From positions 201,876 through 265,875 of the forward strand of contig CBDCPI010000006.1 of the NCBI GenBank assembly GCA_965220245.1: a DNA stretch of 64,000 nt, written 5' to 3'. Origin of the DNA: Dehalococcoidia bacterium. GTDB lineage: Bacteria > Chloroflexota > Dehalococcoidia > Lucifugimonadales > UBA3495. The translations under genes and the position numbers were made by a program. Below the pieces are notes generated by a model. It searched no databases, was not told where the DNA came from, and saw nothing but the letters and a program-made list of their open reading frames with translations. Numbering within the stretch: position 1 is the stretch's first letter; every line of letters begins with the position of its first letter. Shown one piece after another: positions 1-8,662 of this stretch.

Positions 1-942
1 CCGATTCAAAGCGGCACACTTTACCTTGGCTTCCACCTTCTGCTGCGGTAACTTCCTGGCCTGAAGATAGGAACCAAAGATGGTCTTGAACCGAAACATG
101 GCAGTCTCGGCCAGGGAACGCCGATGATAGCCCGACTCTTGTTTCCACCGCTTACGTCCTACCTTCCGAATCCTTCTCAGGTTCTCGTCCCGCACCAGGG
201 GCGGGGTGGCACAGTTCCCATGCTGCCAGATACGGGCATCCTTTCGAGGTGGAATTGCTACCCGCCTGACACCTCTGACAGCGCAGCCCTCATATACCTT
301 CCTTTTGTCGTAGGCCCCATCGCCACCCACCTGCTCCACTGACTCGGTGCTCTGGTCCAGAAGTTCGGGCACCGCTCCCGCATCGTCCAGGCTGGCCTCG
401 CTCAGTACCACGGCCTGGATCTCCTGGGTTTCACTGTCCACGCTTAGATGGAGCTTCCTCCAGGTGCGCCGTTTGGTATAGCCATGCTGACGCACCTTCC
501 ATTCTCCCTCCCCAAAGACTTTCAACCCGGTGCTGTCCAGTACCAGGTGCAAGGGCCCAGCAGCTTTCCTGAGCAAGGAAACCCCCAGGCGCTTGGCGCG
601 CTTGCAGAGGGTGGTATAGTCCGGCACCGGCAAATCCCACTCCAGCAAGTGAAACACGGACCGGAGAAACCCTTCGGCAGCCCTCAGGGTCAAGTGGAAG
701 ACGCTGCGCACCATCAACAGACACTGGATTGCTCCATCGGAATACTGAAACTGCCCACCGCGCTTTCGGGGGCCGTCGGGCTTCCAGGCCCCAATATCCT
801 CTTCGCTGGTCCATAGGGTTATTGAACCCCGCTGGACCAGGCTTTCGTTGTAGTCATGCCAGTTACGTATCCGATACTGGGATTTCCTGGTGGTGGTGCG
901 TTTCTTGGGACGAGCTTTGGAGGCTTGCGGTGTTCGCTTCAT
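1..942 (-). CDS. IS5-family DDE transposase; C-terminal ~15-20 aa lie outside the window
   Basis: I translated an uninterrupted minus-strand frame from ATG at 942 down to position 1. It is absent from the ORF track because it leaves the window. Sequence begins MKRTPQASKARPKKRTTTRKSQYRIRNWHDYNESLVQRGSITLW. DDE-type blocks present: LVLDSTGLKV, VGGDGAYD, RSLAETAMFRFK. Confidence 0.85.
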   Translation of the reverse strand, partial: MKRTPQASKARPKKRTTTRKSQYRIRNWHDYNESLVQRGSITLWTSEEDIGAWKPDGPRKRGGQFQYSDGAIQCLLMVRSVFHLTLRAAEGFLRSVFHLLEWDLPVPDYTTLCKRAKRLGVSLLRKAAGPLHLVLDSTGLKVFGEGEWKVRQHGYTKRRTWRKLHLSVDSETQEIQAVVLSEASLDDAGAVPELLDQSTESVEQVGGDGAYDKRKVYEGCAVRGVRRVAIPPRKDARIWQHGNCATPPLVRDENLRRIRKVGRKRWKQESGYHRRSLAETAMFRFKTIFGSYLQARKLPQQKVEAKVKCAALNR

Positions 943-983
943 GCCTCCAGCTTAACACTACCTCCCATTCATTCAACAAAGCC
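1..983 (-). mobile_element. IS5-family (IS903-group-like) insertion sequence, partial; continues beyond the window start
   Basis: Intact minus-strand transposase frame. Positions 968-983 read ttcattcaacaaagcc, whose reverse complement GGCTTTGTTGAATGAA closely resembles the IS903 terminal inverted repeat GGCTTTGTTGAATAAATC as I remember it. Confidence 0.8.
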
Positions 984-1050
984 GTGCGTCACTGTAGAAA
1001 ACCGCGACAGCAGTAAAGTCCACTGGGTGGGGGTTCAGGGCTTTTCCTGT

Positions 1051-1172
1051 GTCACCTGTCACCCTGAGCACAGCGAAGGGTCTAAAGTCCTTGATTGCAT
1101 TCCCTTGCTTCGATACTCGGATCAGGTTCTTGCTGAAGGATTTTAGATTCTTCCCCGTCGGCTCAGAATGAC
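1051..1172. repeat. Hairpin REP/MITE-like repeat, gtcaccctgagc...gaagggtctaaa / ggattttaga...gctcagaatgac family
   Basis: Two inverted half-sites: gtcaccctgagcacagcgaagggtctaaa and ggattttagattcttccccgtcggctcagaatgac. The same family recurs near 17069, 23110, 33100, 37552, 40634, 41914 and 51128. Confidence 0.8.
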
Positions 1173-1206
1173 ATTTCCCGAGAATGGAGTGGGGGGTTAA
1201 ACCCTC

Positions 1207-1632
1207 TTAAGCGGGCCGCTGTTGGAACAATGCCTCGCGCAAGCCGTCAAGGAACCCTCCCGTCCTCGCCAGGTCCTGCTCCATCAACTGCGACCTCGAT
1301 TCCAACTGGCCCATCCGGGTTTCCAGTTGGTCCATACGAATTTCCAGTTGGTCCATGCGGGTTTCCAGTCGGTCCATGCGGGCTTTCAACTCGGCTACAG
1401 CGGATTCCAGTTGGCCCACACGAATTTCCAACTGGCCCATGCGGGTTTCCAACTGGCCCATGCGGGTTTCCAATTGGCCCATGCGGGTTTCCAATTGGCC
1501 CATGCGGGTTTCCAACCGGTCAATTCGAGTCTCCAACCGGTCAAAGCGCTTGTCGGCGCGGGCAGAAGTGCCGAGCATTAGCGCTGCCAGAGCAACGCCA
1601 ACGCCTATGATTGTGATGGTTTCAGGCGTCAT
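1207..1632 (-). CDS. Membrane-anchored coiled-coil protein built from tandem heptads (RMGQLET-type)
   Basis: 141-aa ORF with an N-terminal hydrophobic segment IIGVGVALAALMLG followed by about 12 consecutive 7-aa units. The underlying DNA has 21-bp periodicity. Confidence 0.6.
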   Translation of the reverse strand: MTPETITIIGVGVALAALMLGTSARADKRFDRLETRIDRLETRMGQLETRMGQLETRMGQLETRMGQLEIRVGQLESAVAELKARMDRLETRMDQLEIRMDQLETRMGQLESRSQLMEQDLARTGGFLDGLREALFQQRPA

Positions 1633-1648
1633 TCTCGCCTCTCGTCCT

Positions 1649-2785
1649 CTACCCGCCCAGTTGGAAAAACTTACCCTCGGTCTTGATCGCGGGAGCGACG
1701 ACCATCTCTGCCTTGTGCATGTCGCGGACCGTATAAGCGCCGCACATGCCCATAGCTACCCGCAAGGCCCCGATGAAGTTCTGGGTGCCGTTGGTAGCCG
1801 ACGTGGGGCCGTACAGTATTTGCTTCAAGCTGCCCTTGGTGCCTACGCTGATGCGGGTGCCCCGCGGCAACTCTGGGTGGGGGTTGGCCATGCCCCAGTT
1901 GTAGCCCTGCCCGGGTGCCTCTTCGGCTTGGGCGAAAGGAGTGCCCAACATCACCCCGTCGGCGCCGCTGGCTATCGCTTTGCAGATATCGCCGCCGGTA
2001 CGCAGGCCGCCGTCGGTTATAACCGAAACGTAACGCCCGGTGCGGCGAAAATGGTCTTCCCGGGCTGCGGCGCACTCTAGGGTGGCCGTCACCTGGGGGA
2101 CACCAACGCCTACTACTTCTCTGGTGGTGCAAGCGGCGCCGGGACCGACACCGACTAGCACACCGTCTATCCCGGTCTCCATCAGCTCTTGGGCTACATT
2201 GTAGCTGACGCAATTGCCGACGACTACCGGCACCTTCAAGGTCTTGATCAGCTCAGAGAATATCAACCCCTGGTAGCTTCGAGACATGTGCCTGGCGGTA
2301 GTCACCGTGGACTGGACAAACACGATGTCGGCGCCGGCCTCCACGGCCACGGGTGACATCCGCTTGGTGTTCTGAGGGGTGAAGGAGACGGCGCATACGG
2401 CGCCGGACTGGCGGACTTCTTGGACCCGCTGGCCGATCAACTCTTCGCGGATCGGCTCCGAGTAGACTTGTTGCAGGTAACCAGTGACGTCCTCCTGCGG
2501 GGTGGAAAGGATCTCTTCCAACACCGAATAGGGGTCATCGTAGCGGGTGTAGAGGCCTTCGGCGTTGAGTACGCCCAAGCCCCCCATTTTATGCATCAGA
2601 ATCGCGAACCGAGGCGAGACCGCTCCGTCCATGGCAGAGGCCATTACGGGAATCTCAAAGGTCTGGTCCCCGATGGTCATCTTAGTCGAAGTCAGGTCGG
2701 GATTGATGGTCACCTGCCCAGGAACAATCGCCACTTCGTCAAAACCGTAGGCCCTTTCCAGTTCCTTAAAAAGGCGTTTCCCCAT
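1649..2785 (-). CDS. IMP dehydrogenase-family protein, GuaB3-like, no CBS pair
   Basis: 378 aa. IMPDH/GMPR TIM-barrel signatures present: VGVGPGAACTTREV and ITDGGLRTGGDICKAIASGAD. Length and lack of a CBS insert fit the IMPDH-related GuaB3 group. Confidence 0.8.
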   Translation of the reverse strand: MGKRLFKELERAYGFDEVAIVPGQVTINPDLTSTKMTIGDQTFEIPVMASAMDGAVSPRFAILMHKMGGLGVLNAEGLYTRYDDPYSVLEEILSTPQEDVTGYLQQVYSEPIREELIGQRVQEVRQSGAVCAVSFTPQNTKRMSPVAVEAGADIVFVQSTVTTARHMSRSYQGLIFSELIKTLKVPVVVGNCVSYNVAQELMETGIDGVLVGVGPGAACTTREVVGVGVPQVTATLECAAAREDHFRRTGRYVSVITDGGLRTGGDICKAIASGADGVMLGTPFAQAEEAPGQGYNWGMANPHPELPRGTRISVGTKGSLKQILYGPTSATNGTQNFIGALRVAMGMCGAYTVRDMHKAEMVVAPAIKTEGKFFQLGG

Positions 2786-3009
2786 CCCTGCTTACCTCGA
2801 AATAATGGGTGAATTTTTAGAAGATAAGTGCTTCGGGGCGGCCATCGCTCAGGGGAAGAATCCAACGGTAATCCTTCTTCGAATGTAGCAGGAAGGAAAC
2901 GGGAAAGTCAATATAATCAGCTTGAGAGAATGCTAGGGTCTGCGGTTGAGGTGGCCCAGCCGAGAGTTTATATAACAAAACTGCAACATAATGTTAAATG
3001 GATAGCCCC

Positions 3010-3038
3010 TTGCACCCTTGTGAAAAATGGTGCATACT
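3010..3038 (+). promoter_or_regulatory. Possible sigma70-type promoter for the 5S rRNA gene
   Basis: TTGCAC at 3010-3015, a 17-nt spacer ending in TG, then CATACT at 3033-3038. It lies about 15 nt upstream of the 5S 5' end. Confidence 0.3.
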
Positions 3039-3052
3039 TTGACCTTAGTTGC

Positions 3053-3173
3053 TTCCTGGTGGTTCTAGCGAGGCGGCCCCACCCGTTCCCATCCCGAACA
3101 CGGAAGTGAAACGCCTCAGCGCCAACGATACTGCTCTGGTAACGGGGTGGGAAAATAGGTCACCGCCGGGAGG
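3053..3173 (+). rRNA. rrf: 5S ribosomal RNA, not linked to a 23S gene in this window
   Basis: cctggtggttctagcgaggcggccccacccgttcccatcccgaacacggaagtgaaacgcctcagcgccaacgatactg...gggaaaataggtcaccgccggga matches the bacterial 5S consensus, including CCCGUUCCCAUCCCGAACACGGAAGU. The terminal helix pairs tcctggtgg with ccgccggga. Confidence 0.88.
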
Positions 3174-3331
3174 CACTTCGAAGCACCAAGCCCTGCTGGG
3201 CGATGCCGATTTTAGAAGGCCAGACCTCCATCTAACGGACAGGTGCAACCAGCCCGGCTTGGGCGACGAAATCCTACTCTGATCGGCATTGCTCCTAGCC
3301 ACAAATTGCGTCCAGACCAGCTTAGCCTGCC

Positions 3332-3360
3332 TTTACACTATTTGGGGCGTCGCCTATAAT
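3332..3360 (+). promoter_or_regulatory. Near-consensus sigma70 promoter upstream of clpC
   Basis: TTTACA at 3332-3337, exactly 17 nt of spacer, TATAAT at 3355-3360. It would give a ~145-nt leader before the clpC ATG at 3510. Confidence 0.55.
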
Positions 3361-3509
3361 TGGACAAAGAGAGCAACCGCGCTATTGCATGCCCGGGGAT
3401 AGGGGGGCCGGTCCGGGATGTTCATCGTAGCTGCTCCGTTAAGCCATTTTGGGTAGAAGCAATATATCCGGTCCAATGGTCCTCACCCTGACCCACTAGG
3501 AGCGGAATC

Positions 3510-5972
3510 ATGGGAAGCAGATTCGAGAAATTCTCCGAACGTGCCCGTCGTGTACTATCGCTAGCCCAGGAAGAAGCCCAGCGCTTCAACCACAACTATA
3601 TCGGGACCGAGCATATCCTCCTCGGACTTGTGCGTGAGACCGAGGGGGTCGCCGCGCGAGTCCTCTCTAGTTTAACCGTCGACTTGGGCAAAGTCCGCTC
3701 TGCAGTAGAGTTCATTATCGGCCGAGGGGAAAAGCCCCCCCAGGGTGAGATTGGACTTACGCCGCGGGCGAAAAAGGTAGTGGAGTTGGCGGTCGATGAA
3801 GCCCGCCGCATGAACCACACTTATATTGGCACTGAGCATCTGCTAATTGGTCTGATGCGAGAGGGTGAAGGGGTAGCCGCCGGCGTTTTGGAAAGTCTTG
3901 GCGTGACTCTGGACAAAGTCCGTGCGGAAACCCACCGCATTTTGAGCAACACCGGCAGCACCAGTTCCTCCGGCGCCAGAAGCAGCACCCGCACCCCCAC
4001 GCTGGACCAATTGGGCGTGGACTTGACCGTTGCCGCCCGGGCCGAGAAGCTGGACCCGGTAATTGGCCGGGAACAGGAAATCCAACGGGTAGTCCAAATC
4101 CTCAGCCGCCGGACCAAGAACAACCCGGTGTTGGTAGGAGAGCCCGGAGTTGGCAAGACCGCGATAGTCGAAGCTTTGGCACAGCGGATTGGCAACGGCA
4201 CCGTGCCAGACACCCTGCAAGGGAAACGGCTGGTCACACTGGATATGGGCGCCTTGGTCGCCGGTACGAAGTACCGGGGCGAGTTTGAAGAGCGGCTGAA
4301 GAAGGTCATCGAGGAGATCAAGTCCTCGGGGAATTGCGTTCTATTCATCGACGAGATTCACACCATCGTGGGAGCTGGGGCTGCGGAAGGCGCGGTGGAC
4401 GCTTCCAATATTCTCAAGCCCTCACTGGCGAGGGGCGAACTCCAGTGCATCGGCGCCACCACGTTGGATGACTACCGGAAGTACGTGGAGCGGGACCCGG
4501 CATTGGAGCGGCGGCTCCAGCCGGTGAAGGTGGAAGAGCCCTCCCAAGATGAGACTGTGGACATCCTTATGGGGGTCAAGGAGCGGTACGAGGAACACCA
4601 CAAAGTGGATATTACCGACGCCGCCATCAGGAGTGCGGCTACCTTGGCGGCCCGCTTTATCCCTGATCGCTTCCTCCCGGACAAAGCGATTGACCTGATC
4701 GACGAAGCGGGGTCCAGAGTGCGTCTGCGGGGCAGCGTAACTCCAGCGCCGCTTAAAGACGCGATTCAGGTGTTGGAGCAGGTCCGGAAGGAAAAGGACG
4801 AAGCCATCGCTTCTCAGCAATACGAGGCGGCGGCTGAGCTTCGTGACCGGGAGCTTCACGCCAACGAGGACCTAGACACCCTGGAGCGGGAATGGCAGGA
4901 GGGTCGCGATAAAGAGCGCTCGGTAGTCACCGACGAAGACATCGCAGAAGTGGTCAGCATGTGGACCGGTATTCCCGTCACCAGGCTGGCGGCGGAAGAG
5001 ACCGAACGGCTCCTTCGCATGGAGGAGGAGATCCACCAGAGGATCATCGGCCAGGACGAAGCTATCGTCAACATTTCCAAGTCGGTCCGCCGGGCTCGGG
5101 CCGGGCTGAAGGACCCGCGCAGGCCCATTGGCGTATTCATGTTCCTTGGCCCTACCGGAGTGGGCAAGACCGAGTTGGTGCGGGCGCTGGCCGAGTTCAT
5201 GTTTGGTGACGAAGACAACATGATCCGCTTGGACATGTCCGAATTCCAAGAGCGCCACACGGTCGCCCGGCTGATTGGCGCCCCTCCGGGATATGTGGGC
5301 TATGACGAAGGCGGTCAGTTGACCGAGGGTGTACGCCGTAAGAACTACTGCGCCGTGTTGCTGGACGAGATAGAAAAGGCCCACCCCGAAGTGTTCAACA
5401 TCCTGCTCCAGATCTTTGACGCGGGCCAGCTCACCGACGCCAGGGGCAGGCGGGTAGACTTCCGCAACTCCATCCTGGTCATGACCAGCAACCTGGGGTC
5501 TGACCTGATCAAGCGGGAAACCACCTTGGGTTTCAGCATCAAGAGCGACGATGCCAAAACCGACGAGAGTTCCTACCAGCGGATGAAGGACAAGGTGATG
5601 GATGAGGTCAAGCGCTTCTTCCGTCCCGAGTTCCTTAACCGTATCGACGCCACCGTGGTATTCCACCAGCTAAGCCGGGTGGAAATCCTAGCCATCGTCG
5701 ACCTGATGATGGACCAAGTACGGAAGGAGTTGGCGGAAAAGGAAGTGGACTTGGAGCTGACCGACGCCGCTCGGGACTACCTGGGTGAGAAGGGCTTCGA
5801 CCCGGTGCTGGGCGCCCGGCCGTTGCGTCGGCTGATCCAGAACGAGGTGGAAGACACTCTCTCCGATGACTTGTTGAGCGGCAGGATCAACCCGGGGGAT
5901 GTGGCGGTTATCGACGCCGAGGAAGGCCACATAGTGGTCCGCACCAAGGTGGTGGCCGAAACCCCGGCTTAA
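3510..5972 (+). CDS. clpC: ATP-dependent Clp protease ATP-binding subunit ClpC
   Basis: 820 aa. Duplicated Clp_N repeats ([14 protein letters not shown] and [14 protein letters not shown]), two P-loops (GEPGVGKTA and GPTGVGKTE), a UVR-like linker ([13 protein letters not shown]), and an AGGAG RBS before the ATG. Confidence 0.95.
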   Translation: MGSRFEKFSERARRVLSLAQEEAQRFNHNYIGTEHILLGLVRETEGVAARVLSSLTVDLGKVRSAVEFIIGRGEKPPQGEIGLTPRAKKVVELAVDEARRMNHTYIGTEHLLIGLMREGEGVAAGVLESLGVTLDKVRAETHRILSNTGSTSSSGARSSTRTPTLDQLGVDLTVAARAEKLDPVIGREQEIQRVVQILSRRTKNNPVLVGEPGVGKTAIVEALAQRIGNGTVPDTLQGKRLVTLDMGALVAGTKYRGEFEERLKKVIEEIKSSGNCVLFIDEIHTIVGAGAAEGAVDASNILKPSLARGELQCIGATTLDDYRKYVERDPALERRLQPVKVEEPSQDETVDILMGVKERYEEHHKVDITDAAIRSAATLAARFIPDRFLPDKAIDLIDEAGSRVRLRGSVTPAPLKDAIQVLEQVRKEKDEAIASQQYEAAAELRDRELHANEDLDTLEREWQEGRDKERSVVTDEDIAEVVSMWTGIPVTRLAAEETERLLRMEEEIHQRIIGQDEAIVNISKSVRRARAGLKDPRRPIGVFMFLGPTGVGKTELVRALAEFMFGDEDNMIRLDMSEFQERHTVARLIGAPPGYVGYDEGGQLTEGVRRKNYCAVLLDEIEKAHPEVFNILLQIFDAGQLTDARGRRVDFRNSILVMTSNLGSDLIKRETTLGFSIKSDDAKTDESSYQRMKDKVMDEVKRFFRPEFLNRIDATVVFHQLSRVEILAIVDLMMDQVRKELAEKEVDLELTDAARDYLGEKGFDPVLGARPLRRLIQNEVEDTLSDDLLSGRINPGDVAVIDAEEGHIVVRTKVVAETPA

Positions 5973-6004
5973 CTCTCGCTGCCGGTCAAAACAAAGGCTA
6001 CTGT

Positions 6005-6034
6005 CAGAAGGCCCCGCAGTCGCGGGGCCTTCTG
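6005..6034 (+). terminator. Stem-loop downstream of clpC, candidate intrinsic terminator
   Basis: cagaaggccccgc / agtc / gcggggccttctg forms a 13-bp perfect stem, followed by ctgtta, which is only a weak U tract. Confidence 0.5.
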
Positions 6035-6072
6035 CTGTTATAATCCGCCCACCTAATATGAGGAGGTGGATT

Positions 6073-7602
6073 GTGGCGCGGCCAGGGCGGCAGCTTAGCA
6101 CCGTATTTGTTTGCCGGGAGTGTGGACACGAAAGCCCCAAGTGGATGGGGTTCTGCCCTTCACCCCTATGTAATTCCCGCCTTCCGTTGACGGAGATGGA
6201 GACCACTCCGGTGGTTGAGAAGAATTCGGCCCCGGCCAGGCACACCGGGGACGGCTGGCTAGGCTTCTCCACGGAGCCAGTCCAAGAACTGGCACAAGTA
6301 GACGGCGAGTCCCAATCCCGGATTCCTTTACCTTCCGGTGAGTTGAACCGGGTCCTAGGCGGCGGTTTGGTGGCCGGATCGGTGGTGCTGCTGGCCGGAG
6401 AACCTGGAGTAGGCAAGTCGACGCTACTGCTGCAAATAGCTCATGCCGTATCGTCCCAAGGGCAGAAGGTCCTTTACCTAAACGGGGAGGAGTCGCCGCA
6501 ACAGATCAAGCTGCGGGCGCTGCGCCTCGGTTTTTCCGGAGTCGGAGTGTTTTTACTGTCGGAAACAGATGTGGACCTCGTGGTGAACCAGCTCGAAGAG
6601 TGGCGGCCCGCCATCGGCATCGTCGACTCCATTCAGACCTTGTATTCCCGGGAAACCAACTCCGGCCCCGGCAGTGTTGCTCAAGTAAGGGAGTCGGGGC
6701 TGCGGTTAATGCGGTGGGCCAAACAACGTCACGTGCCGTTGTTGCTGGCCGGGCACATGACCAAGGACGGCTCGGTGGCCGGCCCCCGGGTGTTGGAACA
6801 CATGGTAGACGTGGTGGCCTACCTGGAGCCCCAGGAATTCAGCGATTATCGGATCGTTCGCAGCACTAAGAACCGCTTCGGCTCCACCAATGAAGTCGGC
6901 GTATTTCGAATGACCGGGCAGGGCCTCTCTGACGTACCCGACCCTTCCCGGGCGCTGCTGTCCCAGCGGTACGACCAAGCCGTGGGCGCCGCGTTGGCGC
7001 CAGTATTGGAAGGGTCCCGTCCTTTGTTATTGGAAGTCCAAGCGCTGACCTCACCGACCCAGTTGCCGGTGCCCCGGAGGGTGGCCAATGGGTTGGACCA
7101 CAACCGTTTGCTCATGCTGGCGGCGGTGGCCAGCCGCCGCGCCGGTCTGGAGTTGGCCAGCCAAGACATCATCGTCAACGTAGCCGGGGGTTTTCGCATC
7201 AACGAACCAGCCGCCGATTTGGCGGTGGCGTTGGCGCTCGCTTCCAGTATGCGGAATGAGCCCCTTGACCCCGGCTTGGTGGCTTTGGGGGAAGTGGGAC
7301 TAAGCGGCGAGTTGCGTTCCGTACCCCAGACCCAGCGGCGATTGGCGGAGGCCGCCCGCTTGGGATTCTCCCGTTGTATTTTGCCTCAGACATCCCTAGA
7401 CGGGTCTATCGAAGAGTCCATGAAGGGTTCCGGCAAAGGACCCACGGAGGAGCACATCGAAAGGGCAGGGATGGAGCTAGTGCCGGTCAGGACGCTGCGT
7501 CAAGCATACCGGGCGGTGTTTGGCGACTCCCACGGCAAGGGAGTCGCTCCCGGTGGTCGCTCTGCTCAGGATGAACGGATTGCTCACCCCCGCTCACCCT
7601 GA
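6073..7602 (+). CDS. radA: DNA repair protein RadA
   Basis: Zn ribbon CRECGHESPKWMGFCPSPLC, Walker A GEPGVGKST, KNRFG motif (RSTKNRFGSTNEVG), Lon-like C-terminal domain. The GTG at 6073 sits 6 nt after AGGAGG (6061-6066) and is a better start than the ATG at 6058. The last ~20 codons (GVAPGGRSAQDERIAHPRSP) are encoded by a hairpin repeat. Confidence 0.92.
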   Translation: MARPGRQLSTVFVCRECGHESPKWMGFCPSPLCNSRLPLTEMETTPVVEKNSAPARHTGDGWLGFSTEPVQELAQVDGESQSRIPLPSGELNRVLGGGLVAGSVVLLAGEPGVGKSTLLLQIAHAVSSQGQKVLYLNGEESPQQIKLRALRLGFSGVGVFLLSETDVDLVVNQLEEWRPAIGIVDSIQTLYSRETNSGPGSVAQVRESGLRLMRWAKQRHVPLLLAGHMTKDGSVAGPRVLEHMVDVVAYLEPQEFSDYRIVRSTKNRFGSTNEVGVFRMTGQGLSDVPDPSRALLSQRYDQAVGAALAPVLEGSRPLLLEVQALTSPTQLPVPRRVANGLDHNRLLMLAAVASRRAGLELASQDIIVNVAGGFRINEPAADLAVALALASSMRNEPLDPGLVALGEVGLSGELRSVPQTQRRLAEAARLGFSRCILPQTSLDGSIEESMKGSGKGPTEEHIERAGMELVPVRTLRQAYRAVFGDSHGKGVAPGGRSAQDERIAHPRSP

Positions 7603-7690
7603 GCCTGTCGAAGGGTGGTGGCAAGGGAATGCCCATCCCCGGGTCCTTCGACTGCGCTCCCGGTGGTCGCTCCGCTCAGGATGAGCGGGT
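7541..7690. repeat. Hairpin REP-like repeat cluster, ...gctcaggatgagcgg / cctgagcctgtcgaaggg family
   Basis: Direct and inverted copies of cgctcccggtggtcgctc(t/c)gctcaggatga(a/g)cgg plus cgctcaccctgagcctgtcgaagggtg. It overlaps the radA 3' end. Confidence 0.8.
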
Positions 7691-7760
7691 GCGGGATATT
7701 AGACTCAAGACAAGCGATTCCGTGTCAATGCGCTCACCAACCTGGAACAGTTGCTCTAAT

Positions 7761-8219
7761 CTAGCCAGTGTGGGCGTGGGCCGGTGTGGAGTCGCCAGGC
7801 TGGAACTCGTGGTCCTCACAAGCCACCCAGCGGGCCCCATCATCGTAGACCTCTTTCTTCCAGATGGGGACGATCTCTTTGATCCGGTCTACCGCTTTGT
7901 GGCAGGCGAAGAAGGCTTCCTTGCGGTGGGGCGCGGCGACCGCGATAACCAGGCTGATTTCGCCGATGGGCACGGTGCCGATACGATGGGAAATGGCGAT
8001 GTCCTCTAGCTGGAACTCAACTTGGAGTTCGCCCCGGATCTCCTCCATCTTGTTCAGCGCCATTTCCTCGAAGGCTTCGTACTCCAGTTTGAGCACCCGC
8101 TTGCCCTCGAAGTTGTCCCTGGTCGTCCCAAGGAACGTCACCACGGCGCCGTTGGTGTCCTTGCGTACTTTAGCCGTGACCTTTTCCGGTTCCAGGGTAT
8201 TGTGGGTCAGTTCAATCAT
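7761..8219 (-). CDS. moaE: Molybdopterin synthase catalytic subunit MoaE
   Basis: 152 aa. The pattern GAVVTFLGTTRD...LEYEAFEEMA...ISLVIAVAAPHRKEAF...IPIWKKE is typical of MoaE. It lies directly downstream of moaD. Confidence 0.88.
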   Translation of the reverse strand: MIELTHNTLEPEKVTAKVRKDTNGAVVTFLGTTRDNFEGKRVLKLEYEAFEEMALNKMEEIRGELQVEFQLEDIAISHRIGTVPIGEISLVIAVAAPHRKEAFFACHKAVDRIKEIVPIWKKEVYDDGARWVACEDHEFQPGDSTPAHAHTG

Positions 8220-8223
8220 CGGT

Positions 8224-8469
8224 CTAACCTCCGCTTACCGGGGGTATCAAGCAAACATCGTCGCCGTTGGAAAGGACCGTCTCCGGCTCGGCATACTCGG
8301 CATTCACCGCCACCACGATCTGCACTTCCGGCGGCGCAAGCATCGGGAATTGGCGGCGCACCTCACCGGTGAGATCGGCCACCGTTGCCCTTTCCGGTAG
8401 CTGTATCGCAACGGTATTACGGCCGGCCCGCTCCCGGTACAAAGCAAAGAATCTAACGTCTATTTGCAA
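8224..8469 (-). CDS. moaD: Molybdopterin synthase sulfur-carrier subunit MoaD
   Basis: C-terminus ...DDVCLIPPVSGG has the ThiS/MoaD GG end. An in-frame TTG at 8469 gives MQIDVRFFALYRERAG..., a typical MoaD N-terminus of 81 aa. The longer 159-aa track ORF looks like an N-terminal over-extension. Confidence 0.8.
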   Translation of the reverse strand: MQIDVRFFALYRERAGRNTVAIQLPERATVADLTGEVRRQFPMLAPPEVQIVVAVNAEYAEPETVLSNGDDVCLIPPVSGG

Positions 8470-8662
8470 TCTAAAGGCGCTCTGTCTTTCGTGCCCTGCT
8501 AGCCCTACAGGACTTATAGGACCGCCGGTCCTGCGGGAGGGCAATGGGTCTACGCGACCATTATCGCACAGATAGGACTCAGACCGCACATAGTGAACTC
8601 CTCGGTACAAGGCACTCGTCGGGGTTCGAGTATCTTTTTCTCCAGATACTCGTAGGTAACCA

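Noticed and set aside
3361-3509. The ~145-nt clpC leader as a possible CtsR- or HrcA-type operator or riboswitch.
   Set aside because: I found no GGTCAAA-type direct repeat (CtsR), no CIRCE inverted repeat, and no riboswitch-like conserved core. It is treated as an ordinary leader.
8610-8635. ggggttcgag motif suggestive of a tRNA T-arm.
   Set aside because: No acceptor stem, anticodon arm or D-arm can be built around it on either strand.
8470-8640. Possible Moco (molybdenum cofactor) riboswitch in the leader of moaD-moaE. The minus strand contains ACCGAGGAG ... CAUUGCCCUCCCGC.
   Set aside because: Only two short blocks loosely resemble the CCGAG and GCCUCCC elements I remember. No GGAAAGG-type block is present, and the spacing (~60 nt) is much shorter than typical Moco RNAs. 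A cmsearch with Rfam RF01055 would settle it, and I expect no hit.
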